DNA of 64,000 bases, taken from positions 121-64,120 of the forward strand of contig CACYKR010000012.1 of assembly GCA_902774995.1 (NCBI GenBank). Direction: 5' to 3'. Under the pieces are notes generated by a model. It worked only from the letters and a program-made list of their open reading frames with translations. It had not been told where the DNA came from and did no database searches. This stretch comes from an uncultured Bacteroidales bacterium. Lineage in GTDB: Bacteria > Bacteroidota > Bacteroidia > Bacteroidales > Paludibacteraceae. Shown in pieces: positions 17,083-26,133 of the stretch. The position numbers and the translations under genes are program-made. The first letter of the stretch is position 1; every line of letters begins with the position of its first letter.

Positions 17083-18429
17083 ATGAAAAAACATTCTTTA
17101 TTTATTTTATTTGCATTAGCGTGCGTGAGCGTATGTGCGCAGACGAATGGCACGCGCTACGTAGGCGGCGACATTTCCGTTCTGCCACTGTACGAGCAGC
17201 ACAACTCGCCCTACAAAGACGTATCGGGCAAGAACATCAGCGACCTGGTGACATGGTTTGTAAACGATTGCGGATGGAACACCTTCCGCGTACGTATCTT
17301 CGTGAACCCTACCAAAAAAGACCAAGACGGTAGCACCAATCCCACCGTCTGCCAGGATTTGGAATACGTAACCAAACTCGGCAAACGTATCAAGGATGCC
17401 GGAGCGTATTTCATGTTGGATTTCCATTATTCCGACACCTGGGTGGACGCCACGCACATTCAGGCTCCCGCCGCATGGAAAGGCAAATCGGACGCCGAGA
17501 TGGCAAAAGCCTTAGGCGAATACACCCACAACGTACTCACCACCCTTAACGAGGCTGGCGCTACACCGGACCTTGTGCAGGTTGGCAACGAGATTATGTA
17601 TGGTTTATGCGGTATAAAAGTAAAGCCGTATGATGATAACAGCAGCAACTGGGACGGCTATTTAGGATTGCTGAAAGCCGGTTGCGACACCGTACGAAGC
17701 CTGTGTCCTGAGGCGAAGATTATCATCCACACCGACCGTCCCACCAACAACAGCCACAACGATTACTACTACAAGAAACTGATTGACGGAGGTGTTGATT
17801 TTGACGTCATCGGTCTGAGTTACTATCCTTTCTGGCACGGCTATCTCACCTATTCGCAGGTATCCTCCAAGACCGACAAGAACTACCTGAAATCCTCTCT
17901 GCTGCATTTAAAAAACAAGTTCCCGGACAAAGAGGTACAGATTGTAGAGACTGCCTATAATTTCCAGTACTGGCCTACAGAGGGCGTCAACACCGACACC
18001 CGGGACGTTTGGGCATGCTCGGTTGCAGGACAGTACAATTTCGTAAAAGATCTGGTAGATGCATTAAAGCCGCTTGAAAACGTCACAGGTATCTGCTACT
18101 GGTTCCCGGAAGAAGCCGGCAACGGCGATGACACCAACCTGAACACCTCCAAGGGCTCTGTTATCACCACGTGGCTCAACCGCGGGTTCTGGAACGAGAG
18201 CCCAACGCAGTCCGGTCACGCCATCAACAAAACCGCCTTGGTGAGTGGCACCAAGACGGCTGCTGATGTATGCGCTCCGTATTACATGAAGAATTTCTAC
18301 AATGAGTCCACTGAAGCACTTGAGATCGCTAAGCCTGAGGCTCCACAGAGCCGGAAGATCCTTCGGGATGGACGGATTCTGATTGAGCGAGGAGGCTCTC
18401 TTTACGGTCTTGACGGTAGCCGGCAATAA
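17083..18429 (+). CDS. Glycoside hydrolase family 53 endo-beta-1,4-galactanase, secreted, with a short C-terminal tail motif
   Basis: 448 aa with a signal peptide. GH53-type motifs are present: GGDISVLPLYE, FRVRIFVNP, VQVGNEIMYG, LSYYPFWHG and VQIVETAY. It ends in KILRDGRILIERGGSLYGLDGSRQ. Confidence 0.85.
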   Translation: MKKHSLFILFALACVSVCAQTNGTRYVGGDISVLPLYEQHNSPYKDVSGKNISDLVTWFVNDCGWNTFRVRIFVNPTKKDQDGSTNPTVCQDLEYVTKLGKRIKDAGAYFMLDFHYSDTWVDATHIQAPAAWKGKSDAEMAKALGEYTHNVLTTLNEAGATPDLVQVGNEIMYGLCGIKVKPYDDNSSNWDGYLGLLKAGCDTVRSLCPEAKIIIHTDRPTNNSHNDYYYKKLIDGGVDFDVIGLSYYPFWHGYLTYSQVSSKTDKNYLKSSLLHLKNKFPDKEVQIVETAYNFQYWPTEGVNTDTRDVWACSVAGQYNFVKDLVDALKPLENVTGICYWFPEEAGNGDDTNLNTSKGSVITTWLNRGFWNESPTQSGHAINKTALVSGTKTAADVCAPYYMKNFYNESTEALEIAKPEAPQSRKILRDGRILIERGGSLYGLDGSRQ

Positions 18430-19603
18430 GGAACATCGTCACCGCCAGGGCAAAATAGCCTGCGGTTAATCCCCACAAAGCAATATACTCGGTGCGCGTC
18501 GTCCAAAGCGACGCGCCCATGCTGTTTATATGGATGAAACCGTTGGACGCCCATGTGTAAGGAATGAGGTACGACACGTACCGCCAACCCACAGGAATCA
18601 TCTCTTTGGGCCAGGAGATACCGGCAATGAAGAGGAAGATAAGCGAGGTAGTCGGTACCAGCATTACCAGACCGGACTCACGGTTACGGATGAAGAAACC
18701 TACGCATAGGGACATAAAAATCACCGCCAGAATAAACGGCACGTTGAACCGCAGTATATCCCCTATTGCGCCTATATGCGGCAGACCGAACAACCGCGGT
18801 AACAACCCTAACAGAATAGCTGCCAGTGCATAATAAATCAGGAAATACGCGCCACCACGGGCCAGAATTACACGGAAGGCCGAATAACCTCTTCTCCGCC
18901 CCGGAATACGGTAGATCTCCGTCTTCTCCTCCCGTATTGTACCCATCAGGAGGCAGATACTGAAAAACAGCGTCTGGTGAAGAATCATCACCAGTACAGC
19001 GGGAATCAAGAACGAGCCGTAACCGCCGGTTGGCGTGAAGAGTGCCGTCTCGGAATACGGTGCGTCCTGCACCAGCGACCATGCGAACTCCTTGTCCAGA
19101 CCCATGTTTTCATAACGGTCAATCTGAATATTGCGCATAGCATCCAGCATGACCTGGTTGCAACTGAGATAGATACCTTTCATGTAGAGGAAGGACGACA
19201 TATCGCAGTAGAGCGATATATGAGCCTTGCCTAAGGGGTCAGCCAGTTGTGCTGCGTAGTCCCGCGGGAAATAGATGATGCCGTGTACCTTCTGGTCACG
19301 CAGCAACCGCTCTGCCTCCGCCATGGAGGTACAGCTATAGGTCAGACGTACATCCGGCGTGGCGTTCCACCGGTGCAGGAACGCACGGCTCTCGGGCGAG
19401 TTGCTCAGATCCACTACCGCCACGGGAATATCCGAGATCTGCTCGTTCCAATACATGGATTTATACAGAAACGGATACGCCAGCGTGCCAAGCACAACGA
19501 TAATCATCACTCCCCGGTCACGGAAAACACGACGTAACTCGTTCACAAAGATCCACCAGGTCTCTTGTACTCGCAGCCAATATTGATATAATATACGCGT
19601 CAT
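18329..19603 (-). CDS. ABC-2 type transporter permease
   Basis: 424 aa with an N-terminal TM helix, a large loop and a C-terminal cluster of 5 to 6 TM helices, the typical ABC-2 (YbhR/YbhS/YhhJ-like) topology. Its last roughly 33 codons overlap the GH53 3' end. Confidence 0.75.
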   Translation of the reverse strand: MTRILYQYWLRVQETWWIFVNELRRVFRDRGVMIIVVLGTLAYPFLYKSMYWNEQISDIPVAVVDLSNSPESRAFLHRWNATPDVRLTYSCTSMAEAERLLRDQKVHGIIYFPRDYAAQLADPLGKAHISLYCDMSSFLYMKGIYLSCNQVMLDAMRNIQIDRYENMGLDKEFAWSLVQDAPYSETALFTPTGGYGSFLIPAVLVMILHQTLFFSICLLMGTIREEKTEIYRIPGRRRGYSAFRVILARGGAYFLIYYALAAILLGLLPRLFGLPHIGAIGDILRFNVPFILAVIFMSLCVGFFIRNRESGLVMLVPTTSLIFLFIAGISWPKEMIPVGWRYVSYLIPYTWASNGFIHINSMGASLWTTRTEYIALWGLTAGYFALAVTMFLIAGYRQDRKESLLAQSESVHPEGSSGSVEPQA

Positions 19604-19605
19604 GA

Positions 19606-20778
19606 TTATTTAAGCGGATAATTCTGATATTTGAGTGCGCGGTGGAGTCGCGGGGCGACACACAACGCAGGGACAATAAACGCAGCCAATGCCAAGGCAT
19701 GAGGCATACTGTTGATAGCCGGTGCCCCCATCAGCGCCTCGTTGACATAGATGAGATAGTAATGCCTGAGCGGCTCCAGGTTGCTCAGTGCTTTCACCAT
19801 CGGCAGCATAGCCATATTCGGATAGGTAAAACCCGAGAGGGAGAAACCTAACATGGCGTACAGCGCTCCTACTGACAAAGCGTCACGCAGCGTAGGCAGA
19901 CAGCCGATGAGCACAATCCCCATGATCTCCATCGCCATGATATACAGCAGCTGGCCGAACAGCAGCCGCGCATGGCTACCAAGAACAGGGAAATCAGCGA
20001 TGTTGTAGAATAATATATGGCATACTATACCCAATGTCAGATAGATGACAGTATAAGGGATCAGTTTGCCTATCATCGCTATGGTATAGTTTCCTCCGGC
20101 CGTCTTGAGCCATTGGGTGGAAGTCTTGGTCTTGAGTTCGAAACCGATGGCAAAGACGGTCATCATCAGCGCTATCACGCCTAAGATACCCGGCAATACG
20201 GTACTCACCAGATAGATGGTATAGTTTCCCCACGGGTTGGTCAGCATATGCCCTTCTATAGCTACCGGTTGGATGCGGTTCATGATCACGTCATCCGTCA
20301 TCCCTTTCTTCCGCAACACCTCGCGCTGGAATGCACCGGAAGCAAGGTTTGCCATCGTCAACATCTGCTTATACGAGGTGTTTCCGCCTACGGTATAGGC
20401 ATTGGTGACATAGAAATCCAACTGCGGACGTTTGAAGGCTACCAGGTCCCGGTAGAACCCGTCCGGAATGACGAAGATACCGTATATATGTCCCTGCTGC
20501 ATCGCTTCGCGCGCCTCAGGGTACGAGTTGGTAATAAGGATAATATCCACCGACGAGGTAGCCTGCATCTCATGGCACACACGGCGGGAGATGGTCGTCT
20601 GATCCAGATCCACTATCGCTACCGGCATCTTCTCCGCCGCTCCGCGAGCCATCAGAGTCATGAAAAAGAAGACAGCCACCAGCATAGCTCCTATCGTAGC
20701 GCCCAGATATAACGGTCGGGAGACAATTCGCCGCAACTCACGCAGCAAGACATGCCATATGTTAATGAGATTATTCAT
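19606..20778 (-). CDS. ABC-2 type transporter permease
   Basis: 390 aa with the same topology as its neighbour. Its start overlaps the HlyD-family stop (ATGA). Confidence 0.75.
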   Translation of the reverse strand: MNNLINIWHVLLRELRRIVSRPLYLGATIGAMLVAVFFFMTLMARGAAEKMPVAIVDLDQTTISRRVCHEMQATSSVDIILITNSYPEAREAMQQGHIYGIFVIPDGFYRDLVAFKRPQLDFYVTNAYTVGGNTSYKQMLTMANLASGAFQREVLRKKGMTDDVIMNRIQPVAIEGHMLTNPWGNYTIYLVSTVLPGILGVIALMMTVFAIGFELKTKTSTQWLKTAGGNYTIAMIGKLIPYTVIYLTLGIVCHILFYNIADFPVLGSHARLLFGQLLYIMAMEIMGIVLIGCLPTLRDALSVGALYAMLGFSLSGFTYPNMAMLPMVKALSNLEPLRHYYLIYVNEALMGAPAINSMPHALALAAFIVPALCVAPRLHRALKYQNYPLK

Positions 20779-21761
20779 TTTACTACCAATGCAGTCATTC
20801 CGGGACGGAGCCCCTCAATCGGTGTCATAGGACGGCATTTGACATCAAACGTACGTACGTCATACCCGCCGTTCTGCTTGGTGGTACGCCAAGTGGCATA
20901 GGTGCCCATGGCTTTGATATGGGTCACTACAACAGGGTATGTATCCTCACCCAGCGCGGGAATCTTCACGTTCACCCGGCTTCCCTGGTTAAAACCGGAG
21001 AGCATATCTTCGCGCACTGCAAAAGTGAACCATACATCGTTCATATCCAGTACGGACATCACAGGACTGCCTTGTCCGACTAACTCGCCTACCTTCGGAA
21101 ATATCTCGCTCACTTCGCCGTCACACGGGGAGAGCAGGTATCGCTCGGCCTCGGCAGCTGCCACCTCTTTGAGAATACCATCCACACGGGCCACTTGTGC
21201 CTCTGCGGCCGCCTTGTCCTCTGCACGCGCGCCCTTAAGAGCCATGTCATACTGGCTCTTGGCGGCTTTGACGGTTGCGGAAGCCGCTTTGTATTGCGCC
21301 TCCACTTCATCGCGTTTCTGAGCGGATACGACACCTTTATCATACAGCCGTTGCACGCGCTCGTAGCTCTTACGGTATATCTCCTCGCCGGCAAGTGCTT
21401 TCTGATACAGCTCGTACGCACCGGTGATCTGCTCTTGCTGCGCTCCGTTCTTTGCTTTCTGGTTCACAGCCTCGGCCATTTCACGGGCAGCTAAAGCCTG
21501 CTCTTTCTTGGCCTCCACCTCCGGCGAATAGATTACCACCAGGGTATCGCCTTTGTGTACCTGTTCGCCTTCTTCATAGAGGTACATCTCTACTCTACCC
21601 GGCACTTTCCCGGACACCCGGTACTCGGAGGCTTCCGCCTCACCTTGGATGAGTACTTCCTCCGGTTTGAGCGCTAATACGCCTATCAGCGCTACGATAA
21701 TTACCACAGCCAGCAACGCTACGATACCGAGCAGCAGGCTTCCTTCTTGTTCTTTTTTCAT
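20775..21761 (-). CDS. HlyD-family membrane fusion (periplasmic adaptor) protein
   Basis: 328 aa with an N-terminal TM helix, a biotinyl-lipoyl-like motif (VHKGDTLVVI), a long Ala/Glu/Lys coiled coil and a beta-barrel C-terminus. Confidence 0.8.
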   Translation of the reverse strand: MKKEQEGSLLLGIVALLAVVIIVALIGVLALKPEEVLIQGEAEASEYRVSGKVPGRVEMYLYEEGEQVHKGDTLVVIYSPEVEAKKEQALAAREMAEAVNQKAKNGAQQEQITGAYELYQKALAGEEIYRKSYERVQRLYDKGVVSAQKRDEVEAQYKAASATVKAAKSQYDMALKGARAEDKAAAEAQVARVDGILKEVAAAEAERYLLSPCDGEVSEIFPKVGELVGQGSPVMSVLDMNDVWFTFAVREDMLSGFNQGSRVNVKIPALGEDTYPVVVTHIKAMGTYATWRTTKQNGGYDVRTFDVKCRPMTPIEGLRPGMTALVVK

Positions 21762-21809
21762 ATCTTGATTTCTTTATTGTCTTTATTTCGCATTCGCGAC
21801 TTTCCTATA

Positions 21810-23288
21810 TCAAAGGCTCCGCAGATATTTGCGCAGTTTGGTCTCCGTGGTCTTGGCTTCAGCTTCTGCGTCCACCAAATCGGTAGCGGCGGCCAGCCAT
21901 GCTGTCTGCGCCTGCATCAGTTCGGAGGCGGTAATCATACCTGCATCGAACGATTCCTGCGCCATACGCAGTACCTCCGCAGCATTGTTCTGGTTGAGCC
22001 GTGCCAATGCGATCTTCTGCTGTGCCTCCATCAGTTTCTGATTGGCCTGGGTCGTCTGCAGAGTCAGTAACTCGCGTGTCTCTTCGGTCTTGAGAGTCGC
22101 AATATTCGCAGCATGTTTGGCAGCCTTGTAACGGAGTATATCATCCGCGTGGGCTATCGGCACATTTACTACCACGCCGGCAGAGAAGAACCCTTTGCCG
22201 TTCCAGTCGCTGCGGTAACCGTTCTCTACGTTGGGGTTTGTATAGACATAGTTGGCAGATGCAACAATATTGGGCTGCAAGCCGGCAGCAGCCAGTTTGG
22301 CAGTGCTCTTGGCTATTTTCTCCGTCTCCTCGACCAGCTGCATTTCGCTCCGCGCATCAACATACTGCTTGGCGTCGAAGGCTTCCGTAGAAAGTGTAGC
22401 GGTCTCCAGACCGTTGGCATCGAGAGTGAAGACCTCCGTCAAAGGCATTCCGCATACTTGTGCCAGCGCCATCCGGGAGAGCGTCAGACCGTTCTCCGCT
22501 TGCAGTTTCTTCACATCCGCCTCTCCTACTTTCGCTTTCACTTTCAGCAGGTCGGACTGCGTTGCCAACCCTTCGTTCACCGCCTCCTTCACATCACTCT
22601 CCAGTTGGTACAGCAGCGAGCGGTACTGCTCCGCCAGCGCTTTTTTCTGTTCTACGGCTACTACGCGCCAATACGCCTCATCTACGGCATAGACGATATC
22701 GTCATGCTTGGCAGCCGAACGGATGGCGGCTATCTTCTCCGCCGACTTGGCTATCTTGTACATCTGCGACAACCTGCCGCCTACATAGATCGGTTGGGTC
22801 ACACCTACCTGAGCTACCACCACATGCTGCAAGTCCAGCGTCAAGGCGTTATATGCCTTCTCGTATGCGCCGGCAACAGTCTGACCGGTCTGGGTCTGTA
22901 ATTGGGTCAACGGCTCCTGCAGCGGTGTTCCGGCCACATCCCGTATAAGCGTAGCCATCGCACTCGTCTCCGCCCACTCGAACGAAGCTCCGTCATCGCC
23001 TACCGTAGCGGTACCGAAAGGAAAAGCAAACTGATTGGATATCAGGTGGGCATTACGGCTGTTCCAGGCATAGCCGCCATTCGCACTGAAATGCGGGAAC
23101 ATAGCCGCCAATGCCGCCTGGCGGTTGTACTTGGCTACCAGTTTTGCCTCCTCTTGGCTTTTAGCCGAAGCGCTGTTGCTAAGCGCCATCTCACGGCAAT
23201 CATGGAGAGTATAACGCAAAGTATCGCCGGCTGTTACGCCAAGCGACAACATACTCACTCCCCAGATTGCAAAAATCTTCTTCAACAT
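21810..23288 (-). CDS. TolC-family outer-membrane efflux protein
   Basis: 492 aa with a signal peptide and a two-fold repeated helical/beta pattern typical of the OEP family. It is the first gene of the efflux operon. Confidence 0.8.
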   Translation of the reverse strand: MLKKIFAIWGVSMLSLGVTAGDTLRYTLHDCREMALSNSASAKSQEEAKLVAKYNRQAALAAMFPHFSANGGYAWNSRNAHLISNQFAFPFGTATVGDDGASFEWAETSAMATLIRDVAGTPLQEPLTQLQTQTGQTVAGAYEKAYNALTLDLQHVVVAQVGVTQPIYVGGRLSQMYKIAKSAEKIAAIRSAAKHDDIVYAVDEAYWRVVAVEQKKALAEQYRSLLYQLESDVKEAVNEGLATQSDLLKVKAKVGEADVKKLQAENGLTLSRMALAQVCGMPLTEVFTLDANGLETATLSTEAFDAKQYVDARSEMQLVEETEKIAKSTAKLAAAGLQPNIVASANYVYTNPNVENGYRSDWNGKGFFSAGVVVNVPIAHADDILRYKAAKHAANIATLKTEETRELLTLQTTQANQKLMEAQQKIALARLNQNNAAEVLRMAQESFDAGMITASELMQAQTAWLAAATDLVDAEAEAKTTETKLRKYLRSL

Positions 23289-23374
23289 TATATAATTAGA
23301 TTAATACACTTATTGTTCTATTTTACCTCATGTGGTATAACAAAAAGTATGCCACACTGCCATTTTGGCAGGAT

Positions 23375-23588
23375 AAAAAACAAAAAAGTGCCCTCATAAC
23401 TTTTGCTCGAGAAAACTTCCTGAGAATAGGATTTGAGGCCTGCTTTTTCCTCTGTAATCCGGCCACCTCATCGCTACCATGTTTCCATGGGTCTCGGCGT
23501 AGAGTACCGGCACGCCATTAGTCAAGCATTTGCACTCGGTTAATTGTTATTTGTTGAGTTTTCCGGTTCCTATCAGTTATGAGGACAC
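23375..23588 (-). ncRNA. Candidate structured RNA (leader or sRNA, family unknown) between the OMP stop and the TolC start
   Basis: A 14-bp closing helix pairs 23575..23588 with 23388..23401; it is fully paired on the minus strand only, through one G-U. A 7-bp extension pairs 23568..23574 with 23425..23431. Internal hairpins are CCAUG-GAAA-CAUGG (23477..23490) and GGCGU..ACGCC (23496..23516). A U6GU6 tract directly follows the 3' strand. Confidence 0.35.
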
Positions 23589-23606
23589 TCGTTTATATTA
23601 GCACTC

Positions 23607-24920
23607 TTAATTATTTCTATGCCATGCTACGGTGAGAACGATGCGGTGGGTATTTCTGTCCAAGAGATAAGCGTCCGCATTCTCATGTGCGTAGAGACGG
23701 GTTTGTTTTATATGATACTGATACGCCGCCTGGGCGATCAGATAGCGTCCCCTGTACCCTATGGCGCAGGAGATATAATGCTGGCGGTCGGGATAGGAGA
23801 AATATGCATCCCTGCGGACGAGCGACGGATCGATGGATACCGTCGGGTAAGACGTCCGGAAAGGGCTCTCGCAGGCATAGCCCGCGTTGATATACAGTCC
23901 CGGCACAGGCACCACTTCCACGCCCGCCCGCAACGAATGGACATCCGGCGTAGAGGATATGTGACGGTAGTTATACTGCATCGCAATCATCGCATAACGG
24001 CTAATCTGGAACGCCACGGAGGTGGAGAGTTGCAACGGCATATGGTGGTCCGGAGCCGAAGACCGCTGATCACGCATATAGTTCCAGCGGAGCGAATCCG
24101 TCTGCGCGTCAAAAGAGCCTGCGGTAGTCGTCGTCACCGAACCTACCGAAGGGGTCTGAAGACCGAAACCCAGCCTCAGCCAGGAGGCAGGACGCCAGAT
24201 GACTCCCGTAGCCAGCGAACAGCCGGCGCCGTTCAGCAGAAGCGTAGTCTTATTGCGGTTGTAATAGCCGCTGCCAAACGTCTCTGTATAATCCGCCTCG
24301 GAAGACATAGAGAACGAATGGATATGCAATCCTATGCCCCAGTACCACCGGTCGGCGATATTCATAGCGTAGTCCAAAGCATACTCATTGACATAGCCGC
24401 CCTCTATCAGCCGCATCGCATTCGCCTCGCTGTACCTGTCCGCACAGAAAGGAATCCTCAGATCGCCGTCCGCAGCGATAAACAGCGCGCCGAGAGAAGG
24501 CTGGTGCTCCGCCGTGGCGCTGTAGTCCGCACGGAAACTGTGCAGACGGTGGTAGCTGAACATAAAATTATGGTATTGCACGCCTTGCCCTGCCGGATTG
24601 GCGGTAGGCAGAGAGAAGACGATAGACGACTGGGGTGCCATGATAAAACGGGCATAATCGAGCGTGAGCGTCACCTCCGCACGGCGGTAGATTCCCAGCC
24701 CCGCCACATTATCCGTCACCGATGATGGATCACCACCGATGGCACTCATCGCACCGCCCATACCTACGTACCGCGCCGTACCCATAAGCGTGCGTTCGGA
24801 GAGACGGGAGAAATCCTGCGCCTTCACGGGTGCAAGAACCGCTAATGCCATAAGACCGGCTGCCAGCAGTCTGCTAGACCGCCGTGCTGTAAGACTTCTA
24901 TTGTTACCGGATTTTCTCAT
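23607..24920 (-). CDS. Outer-membrane beta-barrel protein (FadL/PorV-like)
   Basis: 437 aa with a signal peptide ending APVKAQ. The N-terminal motif GTARYVGMGGAMSAIGGDPSSVTDNVAGLG resembles FadL/PorV-type barrels. The rest is an alternating aromatic-rich beta pattern ending ...LTVAWHRNN. Confidence 0.5.
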   Translation of the reverse strand: MRKSGNNRSLTARRSSRLLAAGLMALAVLAPVKAQDFSRLSERTLMGTARYVGMGGAMSAIGGDPSSVTDNVAGLGIYRRAEVTLTLDYARFIMAPQSSIVFSLPTANPAGQGVQYHNFMFSYHRLHSFRADYSATAEHQPSLGALFIAADGDLRIPFCADRYSEANAMRLIEGGYVNEYALDYAMNIADRWYWGIGLHIHSFSMSSEADYTETFGSGYYNRNKTTLLLNGAGCSLATGVIWRPASWLRLGFGLQTPSVGSVTTTTAGSFDAQTDSLRWNYMRDQRSSAPDHHMPLQLSTSVAFQISRYAMIAMQYNYRHISSTPDVHSLRAGVEVVPVPGLYINAGYACESPFRTSYPTVSIDPSLVRRDAYFSYPDRQHYISCAIGYRGRYLIAQAAYQYHIKQTRLYAHENADAYLLDRNTHRIVLTVAWHRNN

Positions 24921-25108
24921 TGTCTGATACGGATGGTGACGGTGGTGTCTTGCACGTTGAGATACTCGATAGCCGGAGCACTCTGATTACTCTGATTACT
25001 CTGATTATTCCGAGTATAGTACGCATCATCCATCGGCGGCAGCTGTGCCGTCGAGCAGGCGGACAGACAGACCGCTGCGATACATACTATGAACAGAATT
25101 TTCTTCAT
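24917..25108 (-). CDS. Small lipoprotein (63 aa) with an (NQS)x3 repeat
   Basis: MKKILFIVCIAAVCLSACS carries a lipobox. The gene has ATGA overlaps with both trpS upstream and the OMP gene downstream. Confidence 0.55.
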   Translation of the reverse strand: MKKILFIVCIAAVCLSACSTAQLPPMDDAYYTRNNQSNQSNQSAPAIEYLNVQDTTVTIRIRQ

Positions 25109-26112
25109 CAGATCCTTCTGAAACCGATAATCTCGCGTACCTCTTCTATTGTTTTTTCCGCACGTGCGGAAGCTGCCTCGGCACCCTGACGCATAATCTT
25201 GTCCAGCAATGCGTCGTCCGATGAATAAGCGATAATCTTCTCGCGGATAGGCGTGAGGAGTTTGTTGGCATCCGCTGCCATCTGTTTCTTCATATCGCCG
25301 TAGCGGATCTCCATGCGGTTGTAGAGGTCATTATAATACTCCACAGCCTCAGCACCACAGAGCAACTCGCAAAGGGTGAAGAGGTTCTGGATGACCTCCG
25401 GCTTCTCCTGGTTGAGTTGGGTCGGTCCCTGGTCGGTCACGGCGCGCATGATCTTCTTAGTCACTGTCTTCTCATCGTCGCATAGATAGAGACAGTTGCC
25501 TTCCGACTTACCCATCTTGCCGCTTCCGTCCAGTCCCGGCACCTTGACCGCCTTGTCGGCGAAATAGAAAGACGCCGGCTCTTTGAAATACTCTACGTTA
25601 TAGATACGATTGAACCGCCTTGCGAACAGGCGTGCCATCTCCATATTCTGCTCCTGATCTTTGCCTACCGGTACTTTGTCCGCCTTGTGCATCAATATAT
25701 CCGCAGCCATAAGGCAAGGATAGGTCAGCAAACCGGCATTGACATTGTCGGGTTGTTTGCGCACTTTCTCCTTGAAGGATGTCACGCGCTCCAACTCGCC
25801 CAGGTAGGCATTCATATTGAGATACAGATAAAGCTCCAGCACCTGCTTCACATCGCTCTGCACGTAGATTGGAGCCTTCTCCGGATCAATGCCGCATGCG
25901 AGATACTCGCTGAGAATGGTCTTCACCGAACGGCGTATATTCTCCGGCGTAGGGTGCGTCGTAAGCGAATGCCAGTCGGCAATAAAGAACATACAGTCAT
26001 ACTCGTCCTGCATCTGCACAAAACTCTTCACTGCACCGAAATAATTACCCAGATGTAGATTACCCGTCGGACGTATACCGCTAATAACTCTTTCCATCAA
26101 TCCAAATTTCAT
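25108..26112 (-). CDS. trpS: Tryptophan--tRNA ligase
   Basis: 334 aa. Class I motifs are present: a HIGH-like PTGNLHLGNYFGA and a KMSKS-like GKMGKSEGN. Confidence 0.92.
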   Translation of the reverse strand: MKFGLMERVISGIRPTGNLHLGNYFGAVKSFVQMQDEYDCMFFIADWHSLTTHPTPENIRRSVKTILSEYLACGIDPEKAPIYVQSDVKQVLELYLYLNMNAYLGELERVTSFKEKVRKQPDNVNAGLLTYPCLMAADILMHKADKVPVGKDQEQNMEMARLFARRFNRIYNVEYFKEPASFYFADKAVKVPGLDGSGKMGKSEGNCLYLCDDEKTVTKKIMRAVTDQGPTQLNQEKPEVIQNLFTLCELLCGAEAVEYYNDLYNRMEIRYGDMKKQMAADANKLLTPIREKIIAYSSDDALLDKIMRQGAEAASARAEKTIEEVREIIGFRRI

Positions 26113-26133
26113 TTATCGTTAATCGTTCATTCG

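Noticed and set aside
16889-17086. 65-aa ORF across the 22-bp repeats and palindrome
   Set aside because: It runs through repeat, palindrome and promoter elements. It has no signal or motif and would read through the GH53 promoter into the GH53 start region.
23330-23521. 63-aa plus-strand ORF in the OMP/TolC intergenic region
   Set aside because: There is no ribosome-binding or promoter context, and the translation is odd (MWYNKKYATLPFWQDKK...). The region is better explained by the minus-strand RNA structure.
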